From positions 16,788 to 80,787 of the forward strand of contig MU626355.1 of the NCBI GenBank assembly GCA_025603075.1: DNA of 64,000 nt, read 5' to 3'. Below the pieces are notes generated by a model. That model saw only the letters and a list, made by a program, of their open reading frames with translations, was not told the origin of the DNA and searched no databases. Origin of the DNA: Neoconidiobolus thromboides FSU 785. Taxonomy: Eukaryota > Fungi > Entomophthoromycota. The translations under genes and the position numbers were made by a program. Of this stretch, positions 35,448 to 47,401 are shown piece by piece. Positions within the stretch are counted from its first letter, which is position 1. Every line of letters begins with the position of its first letter.

Positions 35448-35702
35448 TTGAGGTAGAGAACTGGTATAAAAAAATTACTAATAAATTTCTCAGATATAAT
35501 TCAAACTTTGTATTGCTTTTGTCAAAATTGATTACAGTAAAATGCAATAATATGTTAAGATAAAAGTAAGAGTTGGTATATAAAAAATCAGTTGTATTTA
35601 CTTTTTAATTTAATTGACGTTTTTTGGGTTGAGTTTTGATTCTATATAAAAGATTTGTTTTTTGTAGGAGACTGATTTTATACCAGTTCTCTAAAACCTC
35701 AA
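35448..35702. mobile_element. Second TIR/foldback-like element (~255 bp), unrelated to the 105-bp MITE
   Basis: Left TTGAGGTAGAGAACTGGTATAAAA (from 35448) is the reverse complement of right TTTTATACCAGTTCTCTAAAACCTCAA (to 35702), apart from a 3-nt indel. Confidence 0.55.
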
Positions 35703-35899
35703 GCTGGTTTATTCACTAATATCTTGGTTTTAATGAAAAAGAGGATTTTAAAGGAAACTGGCCTGCACATTTGAAATAAAAATTCACACAATAGTTCTAT
35801 TTATGAAAAAAATGTTAGTCAATTTTTATATAAACAGACTTTTTTAATTTTCTTAACTTTTAACTTTCATAAAATTCAATTTATAAGTTACTTTTTTAA

Positions 35900-36805
35900 A
35901 TGGAGGATTATGACTTTCTCTTTTCAATCAACTATCTTATTATAGCTTTAGCATTTGTAGTTATTTTTTTAAACACATTTTTGATCTATTTCTGCTTTAA
36001 AGTGAGACCATTTTCGAAGGATTTGAAATTAATTGTAGCTGTAGCCTCAGTAGAACTTTGTGCACCATTAGTGACATCCATCGATTATATATATTACTTT
36101 ATATATGACATAAAATTGATTAAAATTAATTTGGGTTGCCAAGTTCTGGGATTTATTATAACAAGTGCCTATTATTATGAGATTCAATTAAACGTATTTT
36201 TGGCTTTGGAAAGATTATGTAAAATATCTGAGATTAAATTATCAAAATACGTATATATGGCAATACATCTAAACGGATTAGGTTTTATTGGATTAGCAAT
36301 TTACAATGTATCACAACATTTAATGATACCATCTGCTACTGAAATAATATGTGTGCATCCCGTAGTAAACTCAACTATTGGGTTTGTCACGTACTATTAT
36401 TTAATATTTAGCTTTCTCTTTGGAATTATGATTATCACTTATTGCTATTATAAATTAGCTAGGAATATAACGAATAGACAAAAGTTTGTAGAAATTGAAA
36501 TTAACTGTAATATAAATCGACCCAAAAGTAATGAAAATCATAAATTTAATATAGTTTTTATCAAATTATATACAATCTTAGCCATTTATACTACTTGTAT
36601 GTTTGGCTCGTTTTCATTCCACTTAATAGACAGTATTCTTCATTTTGTTTATGGTAAAGTAAACGCAACTATTCTTATTATAAATCAACTTGGTGAAATC
36701 TTGTTTCTTGTTGGTATTTTGGCAAATTCAATTTTCTTTTTAATGCTACACACAGGTATTGCAAACGAAGTGAAGAAATTTTGTTCTAATATTAAATGTT
36801 GGTAA
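35900..36805 (+). CDS. Intronless class-A-like 7TM receptor, paralog 2
   Basis: 301 aa; CQVLGF, FLALERLC, CYYKL, GILANSIFF. Confidence 0.8.
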   Translation: MEDYDFLFSINYLIIALAFVVIFLNTFLIYFCFKVRPFSKDLKLIVAVASVELCAPLVTSIDYIYYFIYDIKLIKINLGCQVLGFIITSAYYYEIQLNVFLALERLCKISEIKLSKYVYMAIHLNGLGFIGLAIYNVSQHLMIPSATEIICVHPVVNSTIGFVTYYYLIFSFLFGIMIITYCYYKLARNITNRQKFVEIEINCNINRPKSNENHKFNIVFIKLYTILAIYTTCMFGSFSFHLIDSILHFVYGKVNATILIINQLGEILFLVGILANSIFFLMLHTGIANEVKKFCSNIKCW

Positions 36806-37379
36806 TTGAATATAAAGTTTTGTAAATTTGATATTTTATTTCAATCAATAAAAAGATCATTTTTCTTCTACTTTTGGGTTGGGTTACATAGATTAAAGTT
36901 TGACTCTATAAAGCTAAACTTCCTTAAGTCTAAAGCAGATGAAGCCAAATTAGTCAAATTTTTATCTCTTCTTTAACTCCTTTCTCTTCTCCGTTAGTTC
37001 CTAACTCACTTACGATTTAGCTCCTTTATCCTTTTTCTTACCTCTGATAATAAACTACTTAGGAGTTTAACTCCTTCAAAAATTTATTTAAAAAAGATGT
37101 TTTTATTTCACTGCTTTACATAGTTTTTAAAGAATATCTTTGGCAATATCAACTTGAGTTATGTATTGGATTACATCATTTAGTTAAGGCTCTACCATTT
37201 TTTCCGTCATAATCATATCTACTTAAGCAATTCTCCTTTCCCAAGATATTATAAAGTACTTTTTTTACTTACTAAATTAATATTCAAACATAAGATAAGT
37301 TTATTTATCATGTTTTGACTTTTTTTTAAAGTCTTGAATCCAATGAAGGACATAGGTTTTATTAAATTAAAAAATAAGG

Positions 37380-37620
37380 AGGAGAAAGCTGGTGGCCATT
37401 TGGGATGTGGATTTCTTTCTTTGGAGTTGCAATTAATTCTTAAGAATGATGGTTGAGTGGCAGTTGACAACGCCATACGCTGTCCCACGAGGAGATTGAG
37501 TGTTAGTAAATCAGTATCCAGGTCTCAATCTGAATGTCCATATTGTGAATGGTAGATAATCTAGAGGACTAAGGATATTTTGAATCATTACTGTTAAAAT
37601 TTCTTTGCAGCCTGTTCAAA
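37380..37620 (+). mobile_element. Possible relic of a LINE C-terminal zinc-binding region
   Basis: A locally GC-richer patch translates with stops to ...NAIRCPTRRL...ECPYCEW...HYC, loosely like zf-RVT; a (TAA)n tract follows. Weak. Confidence 0.25.
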
Positions 37621-37682
37621 TATTTTTCTTGAGACAAATGTGATAAATTAAAAATATTGGACAAGTAAATTTAGTGCAATTT

Positions 37683-37735
37683 TAATAATAATAGTAATAA
37701 TAATAATAATAATAATAGTAATAATAATAATAATA

Positions 37736-37766
<31 letters not shown>

Positions 37767-37794
37767 TAGTAATAATAATAATAATAATAATAAT
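37683..37794. repeat. (AAT)n microsatellite with periodic AGT interruptions
   Basis: Directly visible; it explains the spurious poly-Ile ORF at 37648-37848. Confidence 0.95.
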
Positions 37795-39375
37795 TACTTT
37801 TATTTCTTTATATAATTTTATTAATAACTTTAGAGTAAATAAGTACATTCATTATATCAATCTTTTTTTTAAATCTCGAGCCCAGTTGAGTAAGTGTTTT
37901 ATTAAATAGTTTATAGAAGAAGTTGAAATCAATATATCAACTATTATTAACAAAAATTAGATTAACTATTAATAATTATATAAAGGGTGATAAAAATTAT
38001 AGTTTATTATACTTTTCTTTTAAATTTAAAGGCTGTAGGACTTTGTACTTTATTAGTTTAAGATAAAGAGGTTGAATGAGAGCCACTAAGGAAGTGTGTA
38101 GTCAAAACATGGGAGTAATTCACAGAAACAAGTGAACGAGTCCAAATTTATTAAATTTTTATTTGTTACAGTTAAATTACAAAAATAATTTAATTTAAAT
38201 TAGTTATTATTTGAAAAAGATATTGATTGAGGCTCAAAAATTGAGTTCTTTTGACAACACTAATAAGGAAATTTTTCATTAAAGACGATAGTTATTAATG
38301 TGTTATTAAGTTACAACTCACTCCGCTAAAAAATCCCATCAATTATCAAACAATTTTTTTAATATTATATATGAAATAGCTTTTTTTTTGGTTTTTATTC
38401 TGTATAAAATTAAGCAAAATCATTAATAAGATATTGAAACAAAAAACTTTTTTTATGCAAAATTTTGAAGTCAAAAGGCTCTCAAGTGTTTTATTGTTGA
38501 AAGAAGGTTGAAATATAATTAGTAATTAAAGTTACTGGGGAAGCAATAGATAAATGTAAGAATAAGAATTAAGGGAAAGGTAAACTATTTCCACTTCTTT
38601 ACATTGAAAACAATTACAATGTCAGGTGGGTTACCTGATACATAGCTGAAACATTTTAATATCTATGTTCTCTAATATTTTTTAATTCTTAAATCACATC
38701 CCTTATTATTAGTGTATAATCAAATTAAAAATAAATTGGGTGTTAACTAAATAAAATATAAAAATCAATTTATAGTCATCAAACTTGTTTAAAAGGTTCA
38801 TTATTCAATTTATGGAGTATTTTCAAGTATGTAGTAAGGTGAGTTTACAACATTGAATATAATATTAACCTCTATTTAAAAAACTTAAAAAAACTTTAAC
38901 AAGCTACAAGTGTTAGGTAAATAATTAACAAGATTGTTTAAATTTCTCATTTGTCATTTAAGTGGCGCATTTGAAAGCTATTCCTAAAAATTATCATTTA
39001 ATTAATGTTTTATTGGCTTTTTATTCAAACAAATTCTCAAGTTTGATCTCATATTTAACAAAAAATGCCTTTGTTATGCATGATAGCATGACACCTTTAA
39101 ATATTATACTTTTATTCTTTATGTTATTATCAAATTTGACTATTCCTTTCTATTTTTACTAAACTTACTATATTAAGTGGTTTACCCACCAATATTTGGA
39201 AATTTGAATGGAAAAAGTGATTCTAATAGAAATTGGTGTGCGCTTTTTATCAAACTTTAGACAATAGTTCTATTTATAAAGCGAAGCTTAATTATAGTTA
39301 ATTTTTATATAAATAGGCTTATATAACTTTTTACTTTAAACTTTTCTAAAATTAAATTTTAGCTTAATTTTTTAA

Positions 39376-40287
39376 ATGGAGGATTATGACTCTCTTTTTT
39401 CAATCAACTACTTCATCATAGCTTTGGCATTCGTAGCTGTATTCTTAAATACATTTCTAATCTTTTTCTGTTTTAAAGTAAGACCGTTAGGAGCAGATTT
39501 GAAATTGATTATAGCGGTAGCCTCAGTAGAACTTTGTGCACCATTAGTAACATCTATTGATTATTTATACTACTTTATACACGGTATTAAACTTATCAAA
39601 ACTGAAATGGGTTGTCAAGTGCTTGGATTTATTATAACAGGAGCTTATTATTATGAGGTTCAAATTAATGTATTTTTAGCTTTAGAAAGGTTGTGTAAAA
39701 TATCCGAAATGAAATTATCAAAATATGTATACATAATAATTCATACAAATGGATTAATTTATGTTGGATTAGCTATATATTGTGTATCACAACATTTAAT
39801 GATACCATCTGCTACTGAATTGATATGTATGTATCCTGTAGTAAACTCAACTATTGGATTGATCACCTATTACTATTTAATATTTAGTTTTCTCTTTGGA
39901 ATTATGATTATCACTTATTGCTATTATAAATTAGCTAGGAATATAACTAAGATGAAAGAATTCGTACAACTTGAAATGAACTCTAACTCTAATATAAATA
40001 GGCCTAAAAGTGATAGAAAGTCCAGATATAATATAGTATTTATCAAGCTATATACAATTTTAGCCATTTATACTACTTGTATGTTTGGCTCCTTTTTATT
40101 TCATTTACTAGATAGTATCCTTCATTTTGTTTATGGAAAAGTAAACGCAACTATCCTTATTATGAATCAACTTGCTGAAATTTTATTCCTTGTTGGTATT
40201 CTGGCAAACTCAAGTTTCTTCCTAATGTTACATACGGGTATTGCGAACGAAGTTAAAAAGTTTTATACTAAAGTCAGATGCTGGTAG
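39376..40287 (+). CDS. Intronless class-A-like 7TM receptor, paralog 3
   Basis: 303 aa; same motif set as paralogs 1 and 2. Confidence 0.8.
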   Translation: MEDYDSLFSINYFIIALAFVAVFLNTFLIFFCFKVRPLGADLKLIIAVASVELCAPLVTSIDYLYYFIHGIKLIKTEMGCQVLGFIITGAYYYEVQINVFLALERLCKISEMKLSKYVYIIIHTNGLIYVGLAIYCVSQHLMIPSATELICMYPVVNSTIGLITYYYLIFSFLFGIMIITYCYYKLARNITKMKEFVQLEMNSNSNINRPKSDRKSRYNIVFIKLYTILAIYTTCMFGSFLFHLLDSILHFVYGKVNATILIMNQLAEILFLVGILANSSFFLMLHTGIANEVKKFYTKVRCW

Positions 40288-41461
40288 CTTAGTGAATAGT
40301 CCATATGAATTTGCTGTTTTATCTCAATTAATAAAAAAAAGTCCTTTTGTTTCACTATTTTTTATTGTTTTAACAGCAATCTTTAACATCAACTTAGACT
40401 ACATAGCTAATTACATCACTTAGCCAAGAACCTATTGTTTTTTCCACCTCACTCCACTTATTATAAAACTATTCTTCTTTCCCAAGATGTTATAAAGTAC
40501 CTTTTTATTTATACTACTAAATTAATATTCAACTATAAGGAAAGTCTATTCTTTATACTTTCTGTTTATAATGCTTTTTAATATTTTATTACTTATATGA
40601 TGTTTTTTAATAATAGATTGTTATTAATCTGTGGGAATAATTGAAATTTTATAAATAGGTAATCATGATGTAATAAACTAAAAGGAAAAACAATAATGAA
40701 CTTAATACTAAAAGTACGAATTTTAAAGGAGAGATACAATGAATTATTAAAACTTATATAAGTATTATAGAAGTTCCACGAACATAGAAAAAACATCATT
40801 CTACAATATGGTACTCTCATGGTTTAATAGCTATACTTGACAAAAGCAACTGATATCTTATTTAAATTAAACAATATTTATAATATTTTTGGTAGCGTCT
40901 TCAAAGCTTCAACTATCTAACATTTTTGGTAAAAATAATTGTAATCTCATTTTTTTATTACTTTTTTTATAAAGATAATTAAACTTTTGTATAAATGCTA
41001 TAACATAATAAATTGGTTCCCTTTTTCAAATAAGAACACTAAATTACATTAAGCTAAATTTAAATTCCAAATAAAGTAATAAATCTCATTTTTATGAGCT
41101 ATGAAATTTAGTAAGCTTTAAAAATGATAAAAATAATAGCTTTATTTTAAAATATATGGCCATTTGTTATACTAAACTTTGTAATGCTAATACTCTATTT
41201 TTAATAATAATAACCAATTTGTATATTAAACTAATAACTTTAATGGAGTATATCAAGTAGATTTTAGTAAATAATATTAAATAAAACCAAAATCAATAGA
41301 ACTATTAGTATTAGACCTTAATATTTTATTCCCCATATTTGTTAGAGGAACACATAAAGAACAAGATATACAGGCTTTTGTATCATTACTATAATAAGTA
41401 CTAGTATTAGTCTTTCAGATACAAATAAGAGTTGCCTTCTATCTTTTAAAATTATATTAAG

Positions 41462-42366
41462 ATGAGTCAATCTGGATTCTTTGCATTTCTAAGTATTGCT
41501 ACTATAGCCTTAATTGCCATTACTATACTACTAAATGCTTTTTTGATTTATTTGTCTTCACGCATTAAGCCATTAACAAAAGATTTAAAATTGATCATTG
41601 CTATAGCATCTGTAGAGTACCTTGTGCCAATAGTAGTAACAATAAATATGATTTATTCTGCTGTAAAGAAGGAAAGCTTACTAGATATTGGGTTGGGTTG
41701 CCAAATCCTTGGTTTTTTACTACAGCAGCTTATTACTATGAGATCCAATTAAGTGTGTCTTTAGCCATAGAAAGGATATGTAAAGTCTTAGATATTAAAT
41801 TATCAAAATATATACGTCCAGTAGTACATATAAATGGATTAATTTATACAGTCTTAATGATTTTATGTGGATCGCAACATTTAATGGAGGCATCTAGTTC
41901 TAAATTAATATGTATATATCCAGTAGTTTATTCAATCATTGGATCAATTGCATATTATTATTTGCTTTCTACTTTTACTATTGGGATTTCTGTGATATCT
42001 TATTGTTATTATAGATTAGCTAAGGATATTACTGATATGAAAAATTTCGTTGAAATTAAAATATCTCCAAATCCATCCAAACTTAAAGATGACAAGCTCT
42101 CTTCTTACAAGCTAATCTCTATTAAATTATACACTATTTTGATTATATACTCTACTTGTATGTTTGGATCTATTTTGCTTTATTTTTTTGCTGGAATTTT
42201 TCAGTACGTCTATGGAGAAGTGAATGTGACTATCCTTGTTATGAACCAGCTCGCAGAAACTTTGTTTCTTATTGGTATTTTAGCAAACTCAGGTTTACTT
42301 CTGGTATTACATAGAGGTATTGCAAATGAAGCAAAGAAAGTTTATACTTATATTAAATGTTGGTAG
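41462..42366 (+). pseudogene. 7TM receptor paralog 4 with a single frameshift (pseudogene or homopolymer error)
   Basis: Two overlapping ORFs join into a full-length paralog if one base is added in the T6 run at 41713-41718 (CQILGF-x-TTAAYYYEIQ). Confidence 0.75.
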
Positions 42367-44123
42367 CCAATATAAAGATATTCAATTTTTATTACTATGA
42401 TAAAAACATAATTTTCCTTTTAATATTCAATATTTAATTAAACCTAATCACATCTGTTGAAAATAATCCTAACTTTACTTTGGAGCTTTTACTTGAGACA
42501 TTTTGATTTTTTCATACCCTATACTCACAACAATACAATTGTTTTTACTAGATATAAATGTTAGGCTTAGAGTACTGAATGTTTCAATATATATAATTAG
42601 ATCATGATTTCTAATCAATTATATATCAATTGGGTCAGTTTTTTAAAATTCAATACCCAAAGGATTAACTCAATTTAAACCATGTAAGCATTTTCATTCA
42701 TAGTACTCAAGAGGTTAAAAAAAGTAGTTATTGGCTTATGAAAATGTACAAAACAGGGGAGTAGTCTACGAAAACAAGCTGGGAACTTACCCAAACTATT
42801 ATCATATTTTGTGAACTTGTGAAAATCGTAATCTGGACTATTTACTTATTTAGTAATGTGTAACATATCTTTATTTATACACTTATTATTATTACCTGAA
42901 AAACTAGAGTTATTGTAGGATAATTTATACAATTGCTGAAGTTCTATTGCAATCTAATTAACTGTTCATTTAGAATAAATTTTTGCTAAAATCTAAAGAT
43001 TAGACAATAAAAATAGATAAATGAATAACCAATTCTATAAATATTGTCGCAAGTTAGGTCACAATAAAGTTGCAATAATTGTATTTAAGTAGATAAGAAT
43101 TTAATTTAATTTTTTTTAGTTTGATTCAGACTTAATTTTACAAAAATCATACTAAGATTTTTTATTTTGTTTTGTTATTTTGTATTTCCTTTATATAACA
43201 TGAAACTTAAATTTTACTAAAAATGGAAATAAAAGAACAATTAATAGATAAGGTTATTTAACATTAAAGGTTAGTTATTTTTATAGTATTTAGATCAATT
43301 TGCCAATCCGAATAATTAACACTGAAAGAAATTGAGTCTTGGATTTAAGTCGTTCTATATTGCTATTAAGTTTTTCATAAAATACTGTACCTCCATTTAT
43401 CAAGAAAAAGCAATGAAGCTACTGATTATAATTTTAATTTTTGTAAGTTTTAAAGAAACAATTTGTGATAAAATGAAAAATGATGATAAATAAAGTAAAA
43501 ATATCTTATTATTGTGATCTTTGACTTTTACCATTCAATATTTCTCTTAAAAAGTCAAGAAACTTTCAGAACAACTCCATATAGCTTACATTGGAGGACG
43601 GAGCTGTCAACCACTATTTAATTAAAATAATCTAAAATAAGGTCAATTATAAAATTCAATAAAATCTTTATTTATAGCAATATTGCCTAATACTTCCTAT
43701 TGCTTAAGTACCACTTGTTTTTGACTTTTTCCAGAATTGTTCCTTGCTTTACATTTTATTGGCTTCTATTTTGAAACAGTTCTTTACATTGCCAATTTTT
43801 ATTTGAAACTGAAATCATTATTGTAGATGATAGCATGAAGCCTTAAAGTATTGTAGCTTTATTCTGTATATTACTATCAAATTTTAATAAAGGATCTGTT
43901 GTCTAACATATTTGCTACATAACTAGCTTGTTTACGTAAAAAGACCTTTAAAATTTAATCAAAAATAGAATATTATAGGAAATTCAGGTGCATTGATATT
44001 TAAAAAACAAGAATTTTTCTTCTTTTAAACTTTAAGCTATAGTTGATTATTATATAAATAGATTAATTTAATTTTTTTTACAATTTTTTTTAGAACTATT
44101 AGTTTTTACAACCTGTTTATTAA

Positions 44124-45038
44124 ATGGAAGATTATGATTCTCTTTTTTCAATCAATTACCTTATCATAGGTCTAGCCTTCTTAGCAGTAATTCTAAACAG
44201 CTTTCTAATTTATATCTGTTTACATGTTAAGCCATTAACAAAAGATTTAAAATTAATAATAGCAGTAGCCATGGTAGAATTTTGTGCCCCATTAGTGATA
44301 TCCTTAGATTATTTATATTACTTTATAGAAGGTATAAAACTTATTGATACTAAGATAGGCTGCCAAGTACTCGGATTCATTATAACAATTGCCTATTATT
44401 ATGAAATTCAAATAAATGTATTTTTAGCTTTAGAAAGGTTGTGTAAAATCTCGGAAATTGAGTTACCAAAGTATGTATATTTGATAATTCATCTAAATGG
44501 ATTAAGCTTTATTGGGTTAGGAATCTACTGTGTATCACAGCATTTAATGGTACCGTCAGCCACACAACTAGTATGTATGTATCCAGTACTAAATTCAATT
44601 GTTGGAGCAGTTACTTATTTTTATTTAATTTTTAGCTTTTTCTTTGGGATTATAATAATCTCATATTGCTATTATAAATTAGCTAGAAATATAACAAATA
44701 TGAAAAAATTTGTAGAAATTGAAATGAATTGTAATTCAAACCGAGTTAAAAGTAGTAGAAATACCAAATATAATGTAGTTTTTATTAAGTTATATACGAT
44801 TTTAGCTATCTATACTACTTGTATGTTCGGTTCCTTTTTATTTCATTTGTTAGATGGTGTATTTCATTATGTCTTTGGTAAAGTAAATGGCACTATTCTT
44901 ATTATGAATCAACTTGCTGAGATACTATTTCTTATTGGTATATTAGCAAACTCAAGTTTCTTTCTAATATTGCATACTGGTATTGCAAAAGAAGTGAAGA
45001 AGTTTTATATTAGTATTATGATGTTTTTTCATAAATAA
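44124..45038 (+). CDS. Intronless class-A-like 7TM receptor, paralog 5
   Basis: 304 aa; same motif set. Confidence 0.8.
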   Translation: MEDYDSLFSINYLIIGLAFLAVILNSFLIYICLHVKPLTKDLKLIIAVAMVEFCAPLVISLDYLYYFIEGIKLIDTKIGCQVLGFIITIAYYYEIQINVFLALERLCKISEIELPKYVYLIIHLNGLSFIGLGIYCVSQHLMVPSATQLVCMYPVLNSIVGAVTYFYLIFSFFFGIIIISYCYYKLARNITNMKKFVEIEMNCNSNRVKSSRNTKYNVVFIKLYTILAIYTTCMFGSFLFHLLDGVFHYVFGKVNGTILIMNQLAEILFLIGILANSSFFLILHTGIAKEVKKFYISIMMFFHK

Positions 45039-45130
45039 TCATCTAATTTTTCAAAGAAAAAAAAATAAGCAAGTTTCAATTATAATATCAATTTTTGTTT
45101 TATATTTTTAATAAAATATCTTTTTTGATT

Positions 45131-45235
45131 ATATGGGAATGTATTTTTGTGTTTAAGAATTTTGCTAATAAATTTCTCTCAAATAGTGCTTAAAAAATGG
45201 AAAAAGTAATGAAGTCAAAAAAAACACCCCCATAT
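45131..45235 (-). mobile_element. MITE-like repeat, copy 8
   Basis: TATGGGAATGTATTTT...ACACCCCCATA flanked by TA on both sides; lies between the convergent receptor and chitinase. Confidence 0.78.
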
Positions 45236-45453
45236 ATTGTTTATTTGAAAAAAAATTCAAAAATGGTTGAATATCCCAAATCTATATTTTTAACATTTTA
45301 GACTTGCCCAAAAAAATAAAAAGGATTTTAATATGACTTAATAAAACAACTAATTATCAATTTTTATTTTAATGTTTTTTAAAGTAATATTGAAGTTTAA
45401 AATATAAAATTTAATAATAATAATAAAACTATTTATATTTTTATTTCATTAAT

Positions 45454-46695
45454 TCAATAACGGATGCTTTGACAAGCTTCAAGTAATTCTGCATTATAAT
45501 CTGTAGTTAAATCCCAATTCATGACCCCACGAAGACCCATTTTTTTAGCATAATCTACTTTAATTTGGATAGATTTTGGATCATCATAACTAATAAATTT
45601 CTTGGTTTTCTTATTAAATAACCAAGGTGTTTGAGTTTTATGATCAAAATATCTTTCATAACCTGAAGAAGAACATGGAGTAAATGGATCTTTCTTTAAA
45701 ATATCTTGACGTAAATTTTTATATTGATAATAACCACCATAAGCTAATGGAGCTGGACATAATTTACTTACTTCTTTAACATCTGAAGCATCTCCTTGTG
45801 GAATTACACTTTCTGCTGGATGAACTAAAGTATTGGAATTTCTAGTTATATCTCTTAATGTAGTTTTAGCTCGTCCATAAAAAGCTAAACCACCACAAAG
45901 TTTATTGAGTGGGAAACCAGCTTTATTCCATGCCTCAATTGAAGAGGCAAATGATCCTTGATCATTAATAGAATACAATGGGGCATTAGGACCAGTACTA
46001 TTACCACCATTACTAATATCATAAGCCATAATATTAATAAAATCAAAATATTTAGCAAATTCACTAACATCATTCATTGGTTTACCATCAGGTCCATCAA
46101 ATGGTTCTACTCTTACTGCAGCAGTTAGTAATTTTCGATTATGTGGGAATTCTTTATCTAATGCACATCTTAATTCCTTTAACAATTCTAAATAATTTTT
46201 AGAATCCTCTTTTGAATAAATATTACACAAATCTCCTTTTCTTCCTGGATACTCCCAATCAATATCAATTCCATCTAAATCCCATTCTGTTTGTTCAGCA
46301 TCTTCTTTTTTAGTATTCTTTCTTAAAAATTTTATAGCATTATTAATGAAAGATGTACGGTATTCTTTTTTAGTTACTATCTTAGAAAAAGTTTGGCTTC
46401 CAGTCCATCCACCTAATGAGATCAAGGTCTTTACATTATGTTGTTTAGCCAATTTAGTCAAATTACGTAAGTGTGGACCATCATAATAAATATCAAAGCC
46501 GATATCGGTTAAATTGGTTAGCTTTGTTAAAGTACCAAAAGCATAATTAATATGAGTTAATTTATTGTATTGAATTTGATCAGGTGTCATCTTTCCCCAA
46601 GGTACATAGTAACCTAATACCACTTTATCATTACCATTACATAAGACTTGAGTAGTCAAGGTTAGCAATCCTAACAATAGAGTATTGAATTGCAT
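45454..46695 (-). CDS. GH18 chitinase, secreted, catalytic domain only
   Basis: Signal peptide; LDGIDIDWEYPG; MAYD; close paralog of 22454-23689. Confidence 0.95.
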   Translation of the reverse strand: MQFNTLLLGLLTLTTQVLCNGNDKVVLGYYVPWGKMTPDQIQYNKLTHINYAFGTLTKLTNLTDIGFDIYYDGPHLRNLTKLAKQHNVKTLISLGGWTGSQTFSKIVTKKEYRTSFINNAIKFLRKNTKKEDAEQTEWDLDGIDIDWEYPGRKGDLCNIYSKEDSKNYLELLKELRCALDKEFPHNRKLLTAAVRVEPFDGPDGKPMNDVSEFAKYFDFINIMAYDISNGGNSTGPNAPLYSINDQGSFASSIEAWNKAGFPLNKLCGGLAFYGRAKTTLRDITRNSNTLVHPAESVIPQGDASDVKEVSKLCPAPLAYGGYYQYKNLRQDILKKDPFTPCSSSGYERYFDHKTQTPWLFNKKTKKFISYDDPKSIQIKVDYAKKMGLRGVMNWDLTTDYNAELLEACQSIRY

Positions 46696-47295
46696 GTTAT
46701 TTTATTAAAAATTATTAAATTATTTAGATCAACTAAAAGAAATAAAAAAATTAGTCTTTTTTATTTTATTGATTATAGTTGTTTATAGTTTTATATACTA
46801 TTTTTTTTGTTTATTTATTTCAGTTGAATGTTCTATTATTTTTAATAAATTTTTATAATTTTCTTCAATGTAATTACTATAAATGGTAATTAATCAATGA
46901 AGTTCAAGTGAGTTTGTTTGATCTATAAAAATTAAATATTCATATTTCAACTTCCATATTGTTTAATGTTTATTATCACCAATAATTAGCCAATTAATCA
47001 AATTTTGCAAATAGAATAAATTTATTAACTTCTTGGCTTATTATGAAAAAGGTGATATATAATAAATTTAATCTATTATTTAATAAATTTATTAGTAAAC
47101 TTATTACTATTATCATTATTTTTAAATTTAAAATAGATAATAACTAGTTGATATCTCCTTTTTTATATAGTTTATAGAAATTTTAGATGATATTATAACA
47201 CTAATAAATATTTAATTTTAATTTTATTTTATTTATTGAATTATATCAATGTTATTAAATAAAACAAAATAGATTAATAATTAAAATCAAACAAA

Positions 47296-47401
47296 ATATG
47301 GGGATATATTTTTGTGTTTAAGAACTTTACTAACAAATTTTCCGCTTAAATAGGGCTTAAAAATAGAAAAAAATAATGAAGTCAAAAAAACGCTCCCATA
47401 T
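47296..47401 (-). mobile_element. MITE-like repeat, copy 9
   Basis: ATATGGGGATATAT...AAATAGGGCTTAA...CGCTCCCATAT. Confidence 0.75.

Noticed and set aside
37648-37848. Poly-Ile ORF (also 48611-48922)
   Set aside because: Artefact of translating (AAT/ATT)n microsatellites.
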